This document shows positions 24,991 through 38,647 of a stretch of DNA of 64,000 bases, one piece after another. The notes under the pieces were generated by a model, which saw only the letters and a program-made list of their open reading frames with translations, made no database searches and had not been told where the DNA came from. The first letter of the stretch is position 1; each line of letters begins with the position of its first letter. The stretch is from the human T2T-CHM13v2.0 reference genome, Homo sapiens: the NCBI RefSeq assembly GCF_009914755.1, contig NC_060947.1. The stretch is one strand, 5' to 3'. A program made the position numbers and the translations under genes.

Positions 24991-26155
24991 GTTGACTTAT
25001 TTTTTATTTGTGAATTGGAACTTCCATGTCATATAAACAGCTACTCTTTTCTTCTTGCCCATGATTGCTATCTGCTGGAAGTGCTAATTATTTTGAATAC
25101 CGACCAATAATTAATGGAAGGATAATTAGCAATAGACAAATGTAATGATATTCTAGTTTCATTAGTTCCAAATTATCAAAAGCTATGTTTCTTTAAATGT
25201 TACCACTATTTTGTTAATGGAAAAAAGCCTTATTCCCTTCATATTTTCAGCACCAACTATGGCTTTTCAATCTGTGACCCAGCTCTCTAAGTCAATTTCC
25301 CAGACACAGACAGCCTAACATGCATTTCATATTGAACATTTTTTTAATGATTAGCAGTTATAATAAATTATTTGATGCAAAATTGTTTTTAAATTATATC
25401 AGAATTTTTACTTTCAAAGCTCTAACATTTCCCCATCACAACAATTATTTAAATATTATTATATTTATGTAATAGAAGGATGGGTGAGGAAACCTAGAAC
25501 TAGGAAAGAGCATATACAGATTTTCAGGAGATAACTAAACACAAATCTACTAGAAACAGTACAACTTTAGGAATGATAAATCTATTAACTTGAGTCAATT
25601 CTCTGGAAAAGGCATTAGATAATTTAAATTAAAATACAACAGACCTATTCATCAATTAGGAGATGTGCATGAAGTGATTAGAAAAGGGAAGTACGAGATC
25701 AGTTTTTCTCCATTTTAGCAAATTTATGTCTCTAAAGAAACTATACATTACTTTTATTACACAGCTTCATTTTTTTAAAAAAAAATTAGGATTTTATTCT
25801 ACAAATAATAGTTTTTCATTACCAAAAGCCCAAGACTTTATGAGATACAGATCATGTCATGCAAATTTAATTTTATGATTAAGTAATGAGATACATAGAT
25901 TTAAAAAGTGTCAATATGTGCTAAATTAATCATGCTTTTAGTAGATCTTTAAACCAGTCTTACAAAGTTTATTTAGATACATGTCGACAAAACATAGTTG
26001 ACACTTTAGGACCACTCAAACATTTTCATTCAAAATTCAATGAATTTTTTTAAAATTTACTAATGTGTTGTGGCATACCTCAGAAAGAGGAGGAAAATAA
26101 ACCATGCCGTATACAAAGAATAACTGTGCAAACATGCATAAACAGTGATGTTGTT

Positions 26156-26188
26156 ACACACACACACACACACACATACACACAAACA
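26156..26188. repeat. Imperfect (CA)n microsatellite
   Basis: Direct reading of the sequence. Confidence 0.9.
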
Positions 26189-28007
26189 CATTTGGAATAC
26201 ATCCAAAAGAAAAAAAATTATTATTTTTAAGCAGTTTGTATATTTACAGAGTCTAGAGTAGTTGAGACTTTCAGAATTTGCTCCAGATCTATTCTTCAAT
26301 CAGGAGAACTATGAAAAAAGATTAGAAAAAAGAAGCATAAGATCATTTTTTCTCCATGTTAGTAAACTTAAGTCTCTAAAGACCTCTATATTGCTTTTAT
26401 TACATTGCTTCATTTTTTTAATTTTAAGTTTTTTGTTCTACAAATAATGTCCATTTTTTGATGAAAAATTAGGTAACGTAGATAGGCCAAAACAGAAAAA
26501 ATTCAATAATATCCCCTACAAGATAAAACATCTCTTACTGTTTTGGTATTTTATTTTCTAGACTTAGTGAACATTTGTGTGTTTGTGTGCATAAAACAAA
26601 AATTAAATAACTTGTGTCATAATTGCATAATTTCGTTTCCCCACTCAGCAACATGTTATGAACATGTTTGTAAATCAATAAAGATATTGTCCCAGTTAAT
26701 GTTAACAATCCAAATAAAATATATTATACCTAATAGGAATTAAATCTGGAAGAGGAATATTTTATAAACTTAACCCTTTTTCAGTAAAAATAAAAATGAT
26801 ATTCACTGATGTAAGCTGGTTTGATTAAGGGAGCAGAAAAATCATAAGAGCACAGCCAAGATAATGAAATGGGTGGTGAAAGGGTCATATATGAACACAA
26901 AATTTATCAACAGTGTGTGTGTGTGGTAGTAAAGGATAGAAATAGAAATAGAAGTGGGACATAAGATATAATTTGTGCTGGAAAAACTGTTGCTGATTTC
27001 TAATTTGGTAGACCACTGGGAGACAGGATAATAATGGGTAGAAGGACAAGGAACAGGAATTACCCTGATGACAATCAGTGCAGAGAAAAGCCTGGCAATG
27101 TATCTAAAGGGAAAGCCACAGGTGTTGACTGTGAAGTACTAGTCTAAATTAGCTAGATGTGCATACTACAGAAACCACTTGGGAAAAAGTTATTATGGTT
27201 AAACATTGATTTGGATGTGAGTAGTTTTGGATTGATATGAAATTCTTTTTGCTTAATTTTTTGCATACTCTATTTTATGAAGACGTGATAGTACATTTGG
27301 AAATCTATACTATACCATATGATTTTGGTAGATTTAAAGGTAAACAGCCAGTACCTATATCTCGATACTTCTCTTTCTAGCCTGCACTTTAATCAAACAA
27401 CAAATCCTGCTGGCTTTCCATTTCCATTTCTACTGTTTTTGTTCAGGAACTTACTATTTCTCACCTAATAGTTGCAGCAGTTTTATAGATGGAAGTCTCT
27501 ACTACAAATGCTGTCCTTCATATTACTTTCAAACTTTGTTTACCTACTAGTGTATTAACCATTTATATACGGAATATGTTGCACAGACTTCATCAGCAGA
27601 ATGTTTGCTTTCCATTTTGATAGTGCATTTTAACATACAGTAATTTAAAATTAGGTTGTAATCGAACCTAACAATATTAAGCTTTGTATTTTTCCCTTTC
27701 TTTCCCCACTCTGCTCACTACTTTTATGCTAGAAAGAACTTCTCCATGCCAAGGTCAGAAAAACATTAACTCATAATTTCTTCCACTACTCTATGGTTTA
27801 ACTTTTAAGAATTCAATACTTTGGATTACATAGAATTTTATTCTTTTATTCTTTTTTAAGTTAATGATGACAATGAACCACATGTATAGCAATACTTTGA
27901 TCAAGGAAAGACTACATAGCAGGAAAGTCAATAAGTAGTCTCAGAGTGGCCAAGTTATTACAGTTAGTCTTAAATATTTTTCTTTCAGTGAAACATATGA
28001 CATGTAA

Positions 28008-31000
28008 GATCAGAGCAGAATGGAAGGAGATAGAGACATGAAAAACCTTTCAAGAAATCAATTAATCCAGGAGCTGGTTGTTTGAAAAGATCAACAAAAT
28101 AGATAGACTGCTAGCCAGACTAATAAAGAAGAAAACAGAGAAGAATCAAACAGATGCAACAAAAAATGATAAAGGGGATAGCACCACTGATCCCACAGAA
28201 ACACAAACTACCATCAGAGAATACTATAAATGCCTTTATGCAAATAAACCAGAAAATCTAGAAGAAATGGATAAATTCCTGGAAACATACACCCTCCCAA
28301 GGCTAAACAAGAAAGAAGTCAAATCCATGAATAGACCAATAACAAGTTCTGAAATTGAGGTAGTAATTAATAGTCTACCAACCAAAAAAAGTCCAGGAAC
28401 AGATGGATTCACAGCCGAATTCTACCAGAGGTACAAAGAGGAGCTGGTACCATTTCTTCTAAAACTACTCCAAATAATAGAAAAAGACAGAATCCTCCCT
28501 AACTCATTTTATGAAGCCAACATCATCCTGATACCAAAACCTGGAAGAGACACAACAAAAAAAGAAAATTTCAGGCCAATATCCCTGATGAAACTCGATG
28601 CAAAAATCCTCAATAAAATACTGGCAAACCAAATCCAGCACCACATCAAAAAGCTCATCCAACATGATCAAGTTGGCTTCATCCCTGGGATGCAAGGCTG
28701 GTTCAACATACACAAATCAGTAAACGTAATCCATCAAGTGAACAGAACCAATGACAAAAACCACACGATTATCTCAATAGATGCAGAAAAGGCCTTCAAC
28801 AAAATTCAACAGCCCTTCATGCTAAAAACTCTCAAAAACTAGGTATCAATGGAATGTATCTCAAAATATTAAGAGCTATTTATGACAAACCCACAGCCAA
28901 AATCATACTGAATGGGCAAAAACTGGAAGCATTCCCTTTGAAAAGCAGCACAAGACAAAGATGCCCTCTCTCACCACTCTTATTCAACATAGTGTTGGAA
29001 GTTCTGGCCAGGGCAGTCAGGCAAGAGAAAGAAATAAAGGGTATTCAAATAGGAATAGAGGAAGTCAAATTGTCTCTGTTTGCAGATGACATGATTATAT
29101 ATTTAGAAAATCCCATCATCTTAGCCCAAAATCTCGTTAAGCTGATGACAAACTCCAGCAAAGTCTCAGGATAAAAAATCAATGTGTAAAACTCACATGC
29201 ATTCTTATACACCAATAATAGACAAACAGAGAGCCAAATAATGAGTGAACTCCCATTCACAATTGCTACTAAGAGAATAAAATACTTAAGAATACAGCTT
29301 ACAGGGATGGGAAGGATCTCTTCAAGGAGAACTACAAACCACTGCTCAAGGAAATAGGAGAGGACACAAACAAATGGAAAAACATTCCATGCTCATGGAT
29401 AGGAAGAATCAATATCATGAAAATGGCCATACTGCCCAAAGTAATTTATAGATTTAATGCTATCCCCATCCAGCTACCACTGACCTTCTTCACAGAATTG
29501 GAGAAAAACTACTTTAAACTTCATAAGGAACCAAAAAATAGCCTGTATAGCCAAGACAATCTTAAGCAAAAAGAACAAAGCTGGAGGCATCATGCCACCT
29601 GACTTCAAACTATACTACAAAGCTACAGTAATTAAAACAGCATGGTACTGGTACCAAAACAGATATATAGACCAATGGAACAGAACAGAGGCCTCAGAAA
29701 TAACACCACACATCTACAACCATCTGATCTTTGACAAACCTGAAACAAACAAGCAATGGAGAAAGGATTCCCTATTTAATAAAAGACGTTGGGAAAACTG
29801 GCTAGCCATATGCAGAAAACTGAGACTGGATCCCTTCCTTATACCTTATACAAAAATTAACTACAGATAGATTAAAGACTCAAACGTAAGACCTAAAACT
29901 ATAAAAACCCTAGAAGAAAACCTAGGCAATACCATTCAGGACATAAGCATGGGCAAAGACTTCCTGTCTAAAACACCAAAAGCAATGGCAACAAAAGCCA
30001 AAATTGACAAATGGGATCTAATTAAACTAAAGAACTTCTGCACAGCAAAAGAAACTATCATCAGGGGGAACAGGCAACCTTCAGAATGGGAGAAAAGTTT
30101 TGCAATCTATCCATCTGACGAAGGGCTAATATCCAGAATCTACAAAGAACTTAAACAAATTTACAAGAAAAACAAACAAACAAACAGCCTCATCAAAAAG
30201 TGGGTGAAGGATATGAACAGACACTTCTCAAAAGAAGACATTTATGTGGCCAACAGACATATGAAAAAAGGCTTATCCTCACTGGTCATTAGAGAAATGC
30301 AAATCAAAAATTACAATGAGATACCATTTCACGTCAGTTAGAATTGTGATCATTAAAAGGTCAGGAAACAACAGATGCTGGAGAGGATGTTGAGAAATAT
30401 GAATGCTTTTACACTGTTGGTGGGAGTGTAAATTAGTTTAACAATTATGGAAGACAGTGTGGTGATTCCTCAAGGATCTAGAACCAGAAATATCGTTTGA
30501 CTCAGCAATCCCATTACTGAGTATATACCCAAAGGATTATAAATCATTCTACTATAAAGACACATGCACAAGTATGTTTATTGCAGCACTATTCACAATA
30601 GCAAAGACTTGGAACCAACCCAAATACCTATCAATGATAGACTGGATAAAGAAAATCTGGCAGATATACACCACGCAGTACTATGCAGCCATAAATAAGG
30701 ATGAGTTCATGTCCTTTGCAGGTACATGGATGAAGCTGGAAACCATCATTCTCAGAAAACTAACACAAGAACAGAAAACCAAACACCACATGTTCTCACT
30801 CATAAGTTGGAGTTGAACAATGAGAACACATGGACACAAGGAGGGGAACATCACACACTGGGGCCTGTTGGTGGGTGGGGAGCTAGGGGAGGGAGAGCAT
30901 TAGGAGAAATACCTATTGTAAGTGGTGGGTTGATGGGTGCAGCAAACCACTATGTTACGTGTATAACTATGTAACAAATCTGCACATTCTGCACATGTAC

Positions 31001-31065
31001 TCCAGTACTTAAGGTATTTAAAAAAATAAAAAATAAAAATATATAAAAAAAATTGTGCCCAAAAA
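28008..31065 (+). mobile_element. 5'-truncated L1PA (PA6-8-like), ~3.05 kb, with decayed ORF2
   Basis: ORF2 pieces at 28078-28842 ([22 protein letters not shown]), 28854-29174 (LFADDM) and the C-terminus, broken by stops and frameshifts. TSD AAACATAT(G/C)ACATGTAA at 27991-28007 and 31066-31082. Confidence 0.95.
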
Positions 31066-31363
31066 AAACATATCACATGTAAAAGCATCTAAATAAGAAA
31101 TGTGTATTTTTAATATTTTGTGCCCTTCCAGTTTTTTAGTAATTTAAATGAATGAGGTATTCTATAGTTCATTTTATAACTTTGTAGAGGTTGACACTGA
31201 CAGACACAGTAGATTCAATATAATTGTGTAAAATAGTGATGCATAAATTGTTTTAACAATAATATACATATATCATAGTAAAATAAGGCATTCAGCACTT
31301 GAGAATATAATGTTTAAATAACATATCTCTGGAACTAGAACTTTATGAGCTGCTAATGGTCAG

Positions 31364-33688
31364 TGTATTATTCTATTCTCATACTGCTAATAAAGACATA
31401 CCTGAGACTGGATAATTTATAAAGGAAAGAGGGCTAACTGACTCACAGTTTTACATGGCTGCAAAGGCCTCACAATCATGGTAGAAGGTGAAGAAGAAGC
31501 AAAGTCACGTCTTACATGGTGGCAACCAAGAGAGCATGTGTAGGGGAACTCCCCATTATAAAACCATCAGTTCTCATGAGACTTATTCACTATCACAAGA
31601 ATAGTTCAGGAAAGATTCACCTACATGATTCAATTACCTCCCACTGGGTCCCTCCCACAAAAAGTGGTTATCATGGGAGCTACATTTCAAGATGAGATTT
31701 GGGTGGTCACACAGGTAAACCGTATCATTCCACCCCTGGCTCCTCCAAAATCTCATGTCCTCACATGTCAAAACCAATCATGCCTTCCCAACAGTCCTTC
31801 AAAGTCTTAACTCATTTCAGCATTAACTCAAAAGTCCACAGTCCAAAGTCTCTTCTGAGACAAGGCAAGTCTCTTCCACCTATGAGCCTGTAAAATCAAA
31901 AGCAAGTTAGTTACTTCCTAGACACAATGGAGGTATAGGCATCCCATTTGGAACATCTGTTCCAAATGGGAGAAATTGGCCAAAACAAAAGGGCTACAGG
32001 CCCCATGCAAGTCTGAAATTCAGCAGGGCAGTCAAATCTTAAAGCTCCAAAATGAACTTAAATCTTTGACTCCACGTCTCATATCCAGGTCTTGCTGATG
32101 TGAGAGGTGGCTTCCCATGGTCTTGGGCAGCTCCACCCCTGTGGGTTCATCCTTCTCCTGGTTGCTTTCATGGGCTGGCATTGAGTGTCTGCAGCTTTTT
32201 CAGGTGCATGGTGCAAGCTGTCTGTGGATCTAAGATTCTGGGGTTTGGAGGGTGGTGTCCCTCTTTTCACAGCTCCACCAGGCAGTGCCTCAGTGGAGAC
32301 TCTGTGTGGGGCCTCCTACCCCACATTTCACTTCTGCACTACCCTAGTAGAAGCTCTCCTGAGGGCTCTGCCCCTGTAGCACACCTCTCTCTGGACATCC
32401 ACGTATTTCCATACATCCTCTGAGATCTAGACAGAGGTTCCCAAACCTCAATTCTTGACTTCTGTGCACCCGCAGGCCCAACACTATGTGTAAGCCACCA
32501 AGGCTTGGGACTTGCCTCCTCTGCATCAATGACCTGAGCTGAATGTTGACCCCTTTTAGCCATGGCTGAGACACAGGGCACCAAGTCCCAAAACTGCATG
32601 AAGCAGCAAGGCCCTGGGTCCAGCCCACAAAACCATTTTTTCCTCCTATGCCTCCAGGGCTGTGATGGGAGAGGCTGCTGTGAAGACCTCTGACATGCCC
32701 AGTAAACATTTTATCCATTATCTTGATGATTAACATTTGGCTCCTCATTATTTATGCAAATTTCTGCAGCTGGCTTGAATTTCTCATCAGAAAATGGTTC
32801 TTTTCTATCACACTGTCAAGCTGCAAATTTTCCAAACTTTTATCCTCTGCTTCCCTTTTAAACATAAGTTCTAATTCCAACCCATATCGTTGTGGATACA
32901 TAAAACTGAATGCTTTAACAGCACCCAAATCACCCCTTGAATGCTTTGCTGCTTAGAAAAATCTCTTCCACTAGATACCCTAAATAACCTCTCTCCAGTT
33001 GAAAGTTCCACAGATCTCTAGGGCAAGGGCAAAATGCCAGCAATCTCTTTGCTAAACCATAACAAGAGTCACTTTCACTCCTATTCCCAACAAGTTCCTT
33101 ATCTCATCTGAGACCACCTCAGCCTGGACTCCATTGTCTATATCACTATCAGCATTTTGGTCAAAGCCATTCAACAAGTCTCTAAGAAGTTCTAAACTTT
33201 CCCATATCTTCCTATCTTCTGAGCCCTCTAAACTGTTCTAACCTCTGCCTGTTATCCAGTTCCAAAGTCACTTCCACATTTTCAGGTGTCTTTACAGCAG
33301 TGCCTCACTAACCAGCACCAATTTACTGTATTAGTCTGTGCTCACACTGCTAATAAAGACATACCGAGACTGGGTAATTTATAAAGAAAAGAGGATTAAT
33401 TGACTCATGGTTCCACATGGTTGGGGAGGCCTCACAATCATGGTGGATGATGAAGCAGGAGCAAAGTCACATCTTACATTGCGGCGGCATGAGAGTATGT
33501 GCGGGGAAACTCCCCTTCACAAAACCATCAGATCCCATGAGATTTATTCACTCTCGCAAGAACAGCATGGGAAAGACTCGCTCCCATGGTGCAATTACCT
33601 CCTACCAGGTCCCTCCAACAACACGTGGGAACTATGAGAGCTAAAACTCAAGATGAGATTTGGGTGGGGACACAGAAAAAACATATCA
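31364..33688 (-). mobile_element. Complete THE1 (MaLR) provirus: LTR 31364-31727, internal 31728-33326, LTR 33327-33688
   Basis: Two ~360-bp LTRs (TGTATTA...ATCA), ~1.6 kb THE1-internal sequence, and a 5-bp TSD GTCAG at 31359-63 and 33689-93. Confidence 0.95.
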
Positions 33689-36431
33689 GTCAGTGACCAT
33701 GTTTAACTTAACTTTATATCCCCAGCCCTATGGCACATTACCCTTCAACTGTTGATTCTAATAATTAAATGAAGTTTATTCTGAACATACTGCACACCTA
33801 CTGACTTGGAAATTAATCAGGTTAATACTACTAATAAGCTGGCTGTAATTCAGTGTGTAGAAGGAGTAAACTAAGTTAGAAGGTCTACAAACAGATAATC
33901 TTTAATTTTTTAAAAAAATTCTGTATACTTATATATGATAGATTCTTCCTCAATGTGTACTGTTAGTGAGAGAGCAACAAAAGATTATGCCACAGTTTTC
34001 AACGAGACTGGACAAAGTGACTTTTAAAATATAATGAGCAATTAGAAATCCAGTTCAGAAACAGAACAAATAAATAGAATGAAAAAATAAACTTGAAGAA
34101 TGAGTTCATGCTTTTGTTTTTCATTATAGAAATAGAAGTTTATTATGGCTTTTCAATGCCACCCTTTCCACAGAAAAAAAAAAACACATGAAATTCACTT
34201 CTAAATAAAATGCACATTATCTTAATATATATTGCCTATTCTAGTTTTAAAATCAGTACATGCTCACTGACAATCTAAAATGAAAAATTTGCAAAGTACA
34301 AAGTGGAAGTTTACAGAAATATGGTAAACCACCATTTCTGTAAACCATCATTTCTAAACAAATATTTTGTTGTATGCTTTATAACAAAAGGTGAAAAAAA
34401 AATCCCCATTCCCTTTCTACATTCCTCCTTGATCCTCCCCCAAAGGTGAAATACAACTCTAGTCAGATTCCAAGACACTTTGCATTATAATGCTACACCC
34501 GTTATGGAGCTGTTTTATATTTTCTTCTTCCATGTGATTATATAAAAGGACAGAAGGAGACCTAATTATATTTTCTTCTCTCAAATGGGTGCTGAAACTC
34601 CCTTCTCCTATTATCCCCATTACCCCACGTGGTCTACTAGAGTAACAGTAAGAGCTTAAGACAATGGTATGGGTTTAAAGAAATGAAGAGATAGGGTATT
34701 TGCTCCATATGAGCTCACTAGGCTCTACATATTAGAGATAGCAAACTTTAATCTAACATACAGGTTGCAACTTTCTTTCTGCTGAATTGCTCAGGTTTAT
34801 TGGCTCTTTTTATTGTTCTAACAATTGGAAGTTATTCTAGTATTTTAACATACTTATGGGGGTATTTTTAAATACAACAAAATTCTATTATTGTCTTTCA
34901 AGATCAAAGATAAAATAGTATCTATCAATAGACTATAAGATGGAGATGTAAAGTGTTTTTTTCTTTATTGTGTTACATGTCTTCTATTTCAAGACTTATT
35001 TTTGAAATTGATATAAAGTTTTATAACTATATAAATGATTTTTTAAACATTAACTTTATATAGTTTTATTGTTTATAATTTTTCTGTTCTCATACTTGAG
35101 TTCTTTATTTTGATTGAAGTTTAATTTGATTTGACTTTAACTCCTGTAGTACTGGGAATGTATATTTTCTGTAACTTTCTTCTTTCCTCACAAGTATTTA
35201 GTAATTTGTCTCTTTATAGAATACTTGGGCCAACCTCTCTTTTCCCTAAAATTGTTGTATAAATTTCCCTATAGTCTTCCTTAGAGAAAAAAAACTATTT
35301 AGAACACTGTTGTAGAACTGGGAATACTAGGTCAAATGCAATAAACCCTTATAATACACTTACAACTTCTTGGTAAATTTATTTGTTATACCAATTTACA
35401 TTCATACCAGTAGCATACAAGAATGTGAGCCTCACCACACAGTTATTAATGTTAGTCCTTTGGGTGAAGTTTTGAAAAGTTTTCAGTTTTTACATGAGTA
35501 TTATTCACTTTTAAAAGTCCTCCCTTGGTCAATTTTAGTAATTTACACTTTCTCCAAAATTTCCATTCATCAAGATTTTATATTTTATTAGCATAGTGCT
35601 ATATGCATTATTTCTTAATAATTTTTCTGGTTCCCCCATGTTTGTGATTATATCCCTTTCTCATTATACTGTTTATGAATTAGTTCTTTTTTTCTCTCTC
35701 TCTGTCACTGTCTTCCTCTCTTTTGCTCTTGTTGTGATTTGATTTAATTTTTCAAATGATTGTCCACTTTGTTTAAGGTTTCCAAATAACAACCTCTTGA
35801 AATTATTCATCTATTCTACTGTTTGATTTCTTCTTAATCTTTGATTTCTGTTTTTAATTTTTATTATTTTCATCTTCCTACATTTCTTGGCATCTCTTTG
35901 TGTTTTCTTTTTGATATTTGAGTTCAATTATTTTATTTCTTGTAATAATAAAGTGTTATTTAAAGGAAGTATAAAAAGTCTCAAGTTGCTACTTATAGCT
36001 TTGCCCTTACCCTTCAGTTTTAAACACTCAGTAGTTTTCTTATTACATAAATTATGATTACAGTTTTTACTTTTTCTTTGATCTAAGAATAATGGAATCT
36101 TTTAATAAGTTCAGTTTCTAATTGTAATACAGTTTACCAGAGAATATACACTGTAAATGGTTTCATTTTTGGAATGAATTGAGAGTTTCCTTGGGATCTA
36201 ATACTGATTAGTCCTTGTAAATACTCCATTGATGCTTGAAAAGAACGGTGTCTTACTTTCATTTTTAGAAGACATAAGATAGAGTACAAATAAATATGTA
36301 GTTTATAATTTATATAAAATATTCATGAAGTATGGAAGTTTATATAATATATAACTTCATCAGCAAGTTTAAATATTTTCTAGCCTAATTCATTTTTTAC
36401 CTACTTGTCCTACAAAAGAATGGTGTATTTA

Positions 36432-36465
36432 ACACACACACACACACACAGACACACACACACAC
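36432..36465. repeat. (CA)n microsatellite
   Basis: Direct reading of the sequence. Confidence 0.9.
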
Positions 36466-36607
36466 TTATATTTCTTTATTTACCAATTACAAGAAGATAC
36501 AGTTTCTACTGAGTAGTTCCAAGGTTAAATAAAATAATTATATCACTTATATTACTTCTTTGCACGTCTCCCTGCTGATGTCTGGCTTTCTTGGGCTCAT
36601 ACGATAA

Positions 36608-37014
<407 letters not shown>

Positions 37015-37299
37015 TTCCAAAATATTTTTAACATTTATATAATAGCTCGTAACCATTTTTATCCCATTGTATGTTTATTTGATTTCAATGTTCATTGCTA
37101 GTTATCATATACTCTTATACCATAGCTCCCAATTCATGAAGGTTTTTCTTCTTACTCCACCAGCTGATATACATCTTTAAGTAATGTTTTCTTGTTTACT
37201 TTTCATTGTTGTTCATTTGTTTGAGAAAAACAAAACAAATTTAGCTGAAAGGCTGATACAAATCACTCGTTCATGTGTTGCTTAACTTGGAACTCATAT

Positions 37300-38647
37300 A
37301 GAAAAGCTGCATGCACTTCTTGTAAAAACTACAAATTGACTACAGACCTACAGATGCCTACAAGAGATGATGAAGGGAAACATACAATAGACCAACTAAG
37401 GCCCAGAGGAAAAGCTGGGCTTGAAACCTCTGGGAAAGTAGGACATTCAAAAGTAGCCATGTATACAGAGAGAATTTAGAAAACTACACATATAATCGGG
37501 CAAGACATTCTCAGAAAATACCTGAGAAGACCTTAAGATTTCACATTGGGTTGATCAATACACTCAGAGCAAGCTTAGCTAAGTGTTGAAGGAGCACCAC
37601 AGCACAGAGACAATCTTGAAAGAAAGGAAGAGCTTCTGGCATTCAAATAAAGTTCTGTCAAAACATTAGCTGAACACAAGATAAGGGAACAGAGACTTTA
37701 GTAATCACACATAACAGAAAACAGCCTTTTCAAATAATATTTTGAAAAGGTCTCAAAGTAAATGGTCCACTATAGCCTTTAACAATAGAAATAAAAAAAC
37801 ATGGGAAGGGAGATAACTGTATTTCAAGAATTGCCAGATTACAGTAGCCAAAATCCAATACTTAACAAAAACATTGCAATGCAAAAAAAGAAACAGGAAA
37901 GCATGACATAAGAAAACAGTGTAAACAGGCACCCACACTGAGGAAGTCTACATATCAGACTTTGTAAGAACAGACTTTAAAACAACTGTCTTAAATATGC
38001 TTACAGAGCTAAAGAAACAAATGATCAAAAAACTGGAGGAATTGGAAAAATAATGTGTGAACAAAATGACAATATCAGGAAAGAGATAGAATTATTTTAT
38101 AAAAAACAGAAAAATTTGGAGCTAAGAAACAATAACTGGGGAAAAAATCACTAGATGGGTTTAGAAGAAGATTGAGAAGGCAAAAGAAAAATCAGGAAAC
38201 TTTAGACAGGACAATTAAAATTATCAAGTCTAAGGAGCAGAAGAAAAATGAAAGAAGAAAAGTAAACGGAGCCTAAGAGACTTACAAGGCACCGTCAAGC
38301 AAATTAAAAAAAAATGCATTATGGGGATTCCAGAAAGAAAGGAGAGAAAAACAGTCAGAAAGATCAAAAAGTAGAAGAATTAGTGGCCAATATATTTCCT
38401 AATTTGATAAAAGACATAAATCTAAAAATTTAAGAAGCTACACAAACACCAAGTAAGATAAACACAAAAAGACACATACTGAGACATATTATACTCAAAC
38501 TGTCAAAAGACAAAAAGAAAGTGAGAATCTTGAAAGCAACAAGATAGAAGCAACTCATCACCTACAGTAAGACTATCTCCTGATTTACCACCAGAAAGCT
38601 TAGAGGCCACAAGGCAATAGGGTGTTATATTTAAAGTGTTGAAAGAA
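37300..38647 (+). mobile_element. Old L1M element, 5'UTR/ORF1 part (outer host of the nest)
   Basis: Decayed ORF1-like sequence (AAATATGCTTACAGAGCTAAAG..GAGAATCTTGAAAGCAACAAGA..ATATTTAAAGTGTTGAAAG). Confidence 0.7.

Noticed and set aside
28078-28842. 254-aa ORF with reverse-transcriptase motifs
   Set aside because: It is an L1 ORF2 fragment in a 5'-truncated copy with downstream stops and frameshifts, not a functional gene.
35370-36300. T-rich stretch resembling antisense ancient L1ME, with similar patches at 20520-20750 and 26400-26720
   Set aside because: Too decayed to assign boundaries or family confidently.
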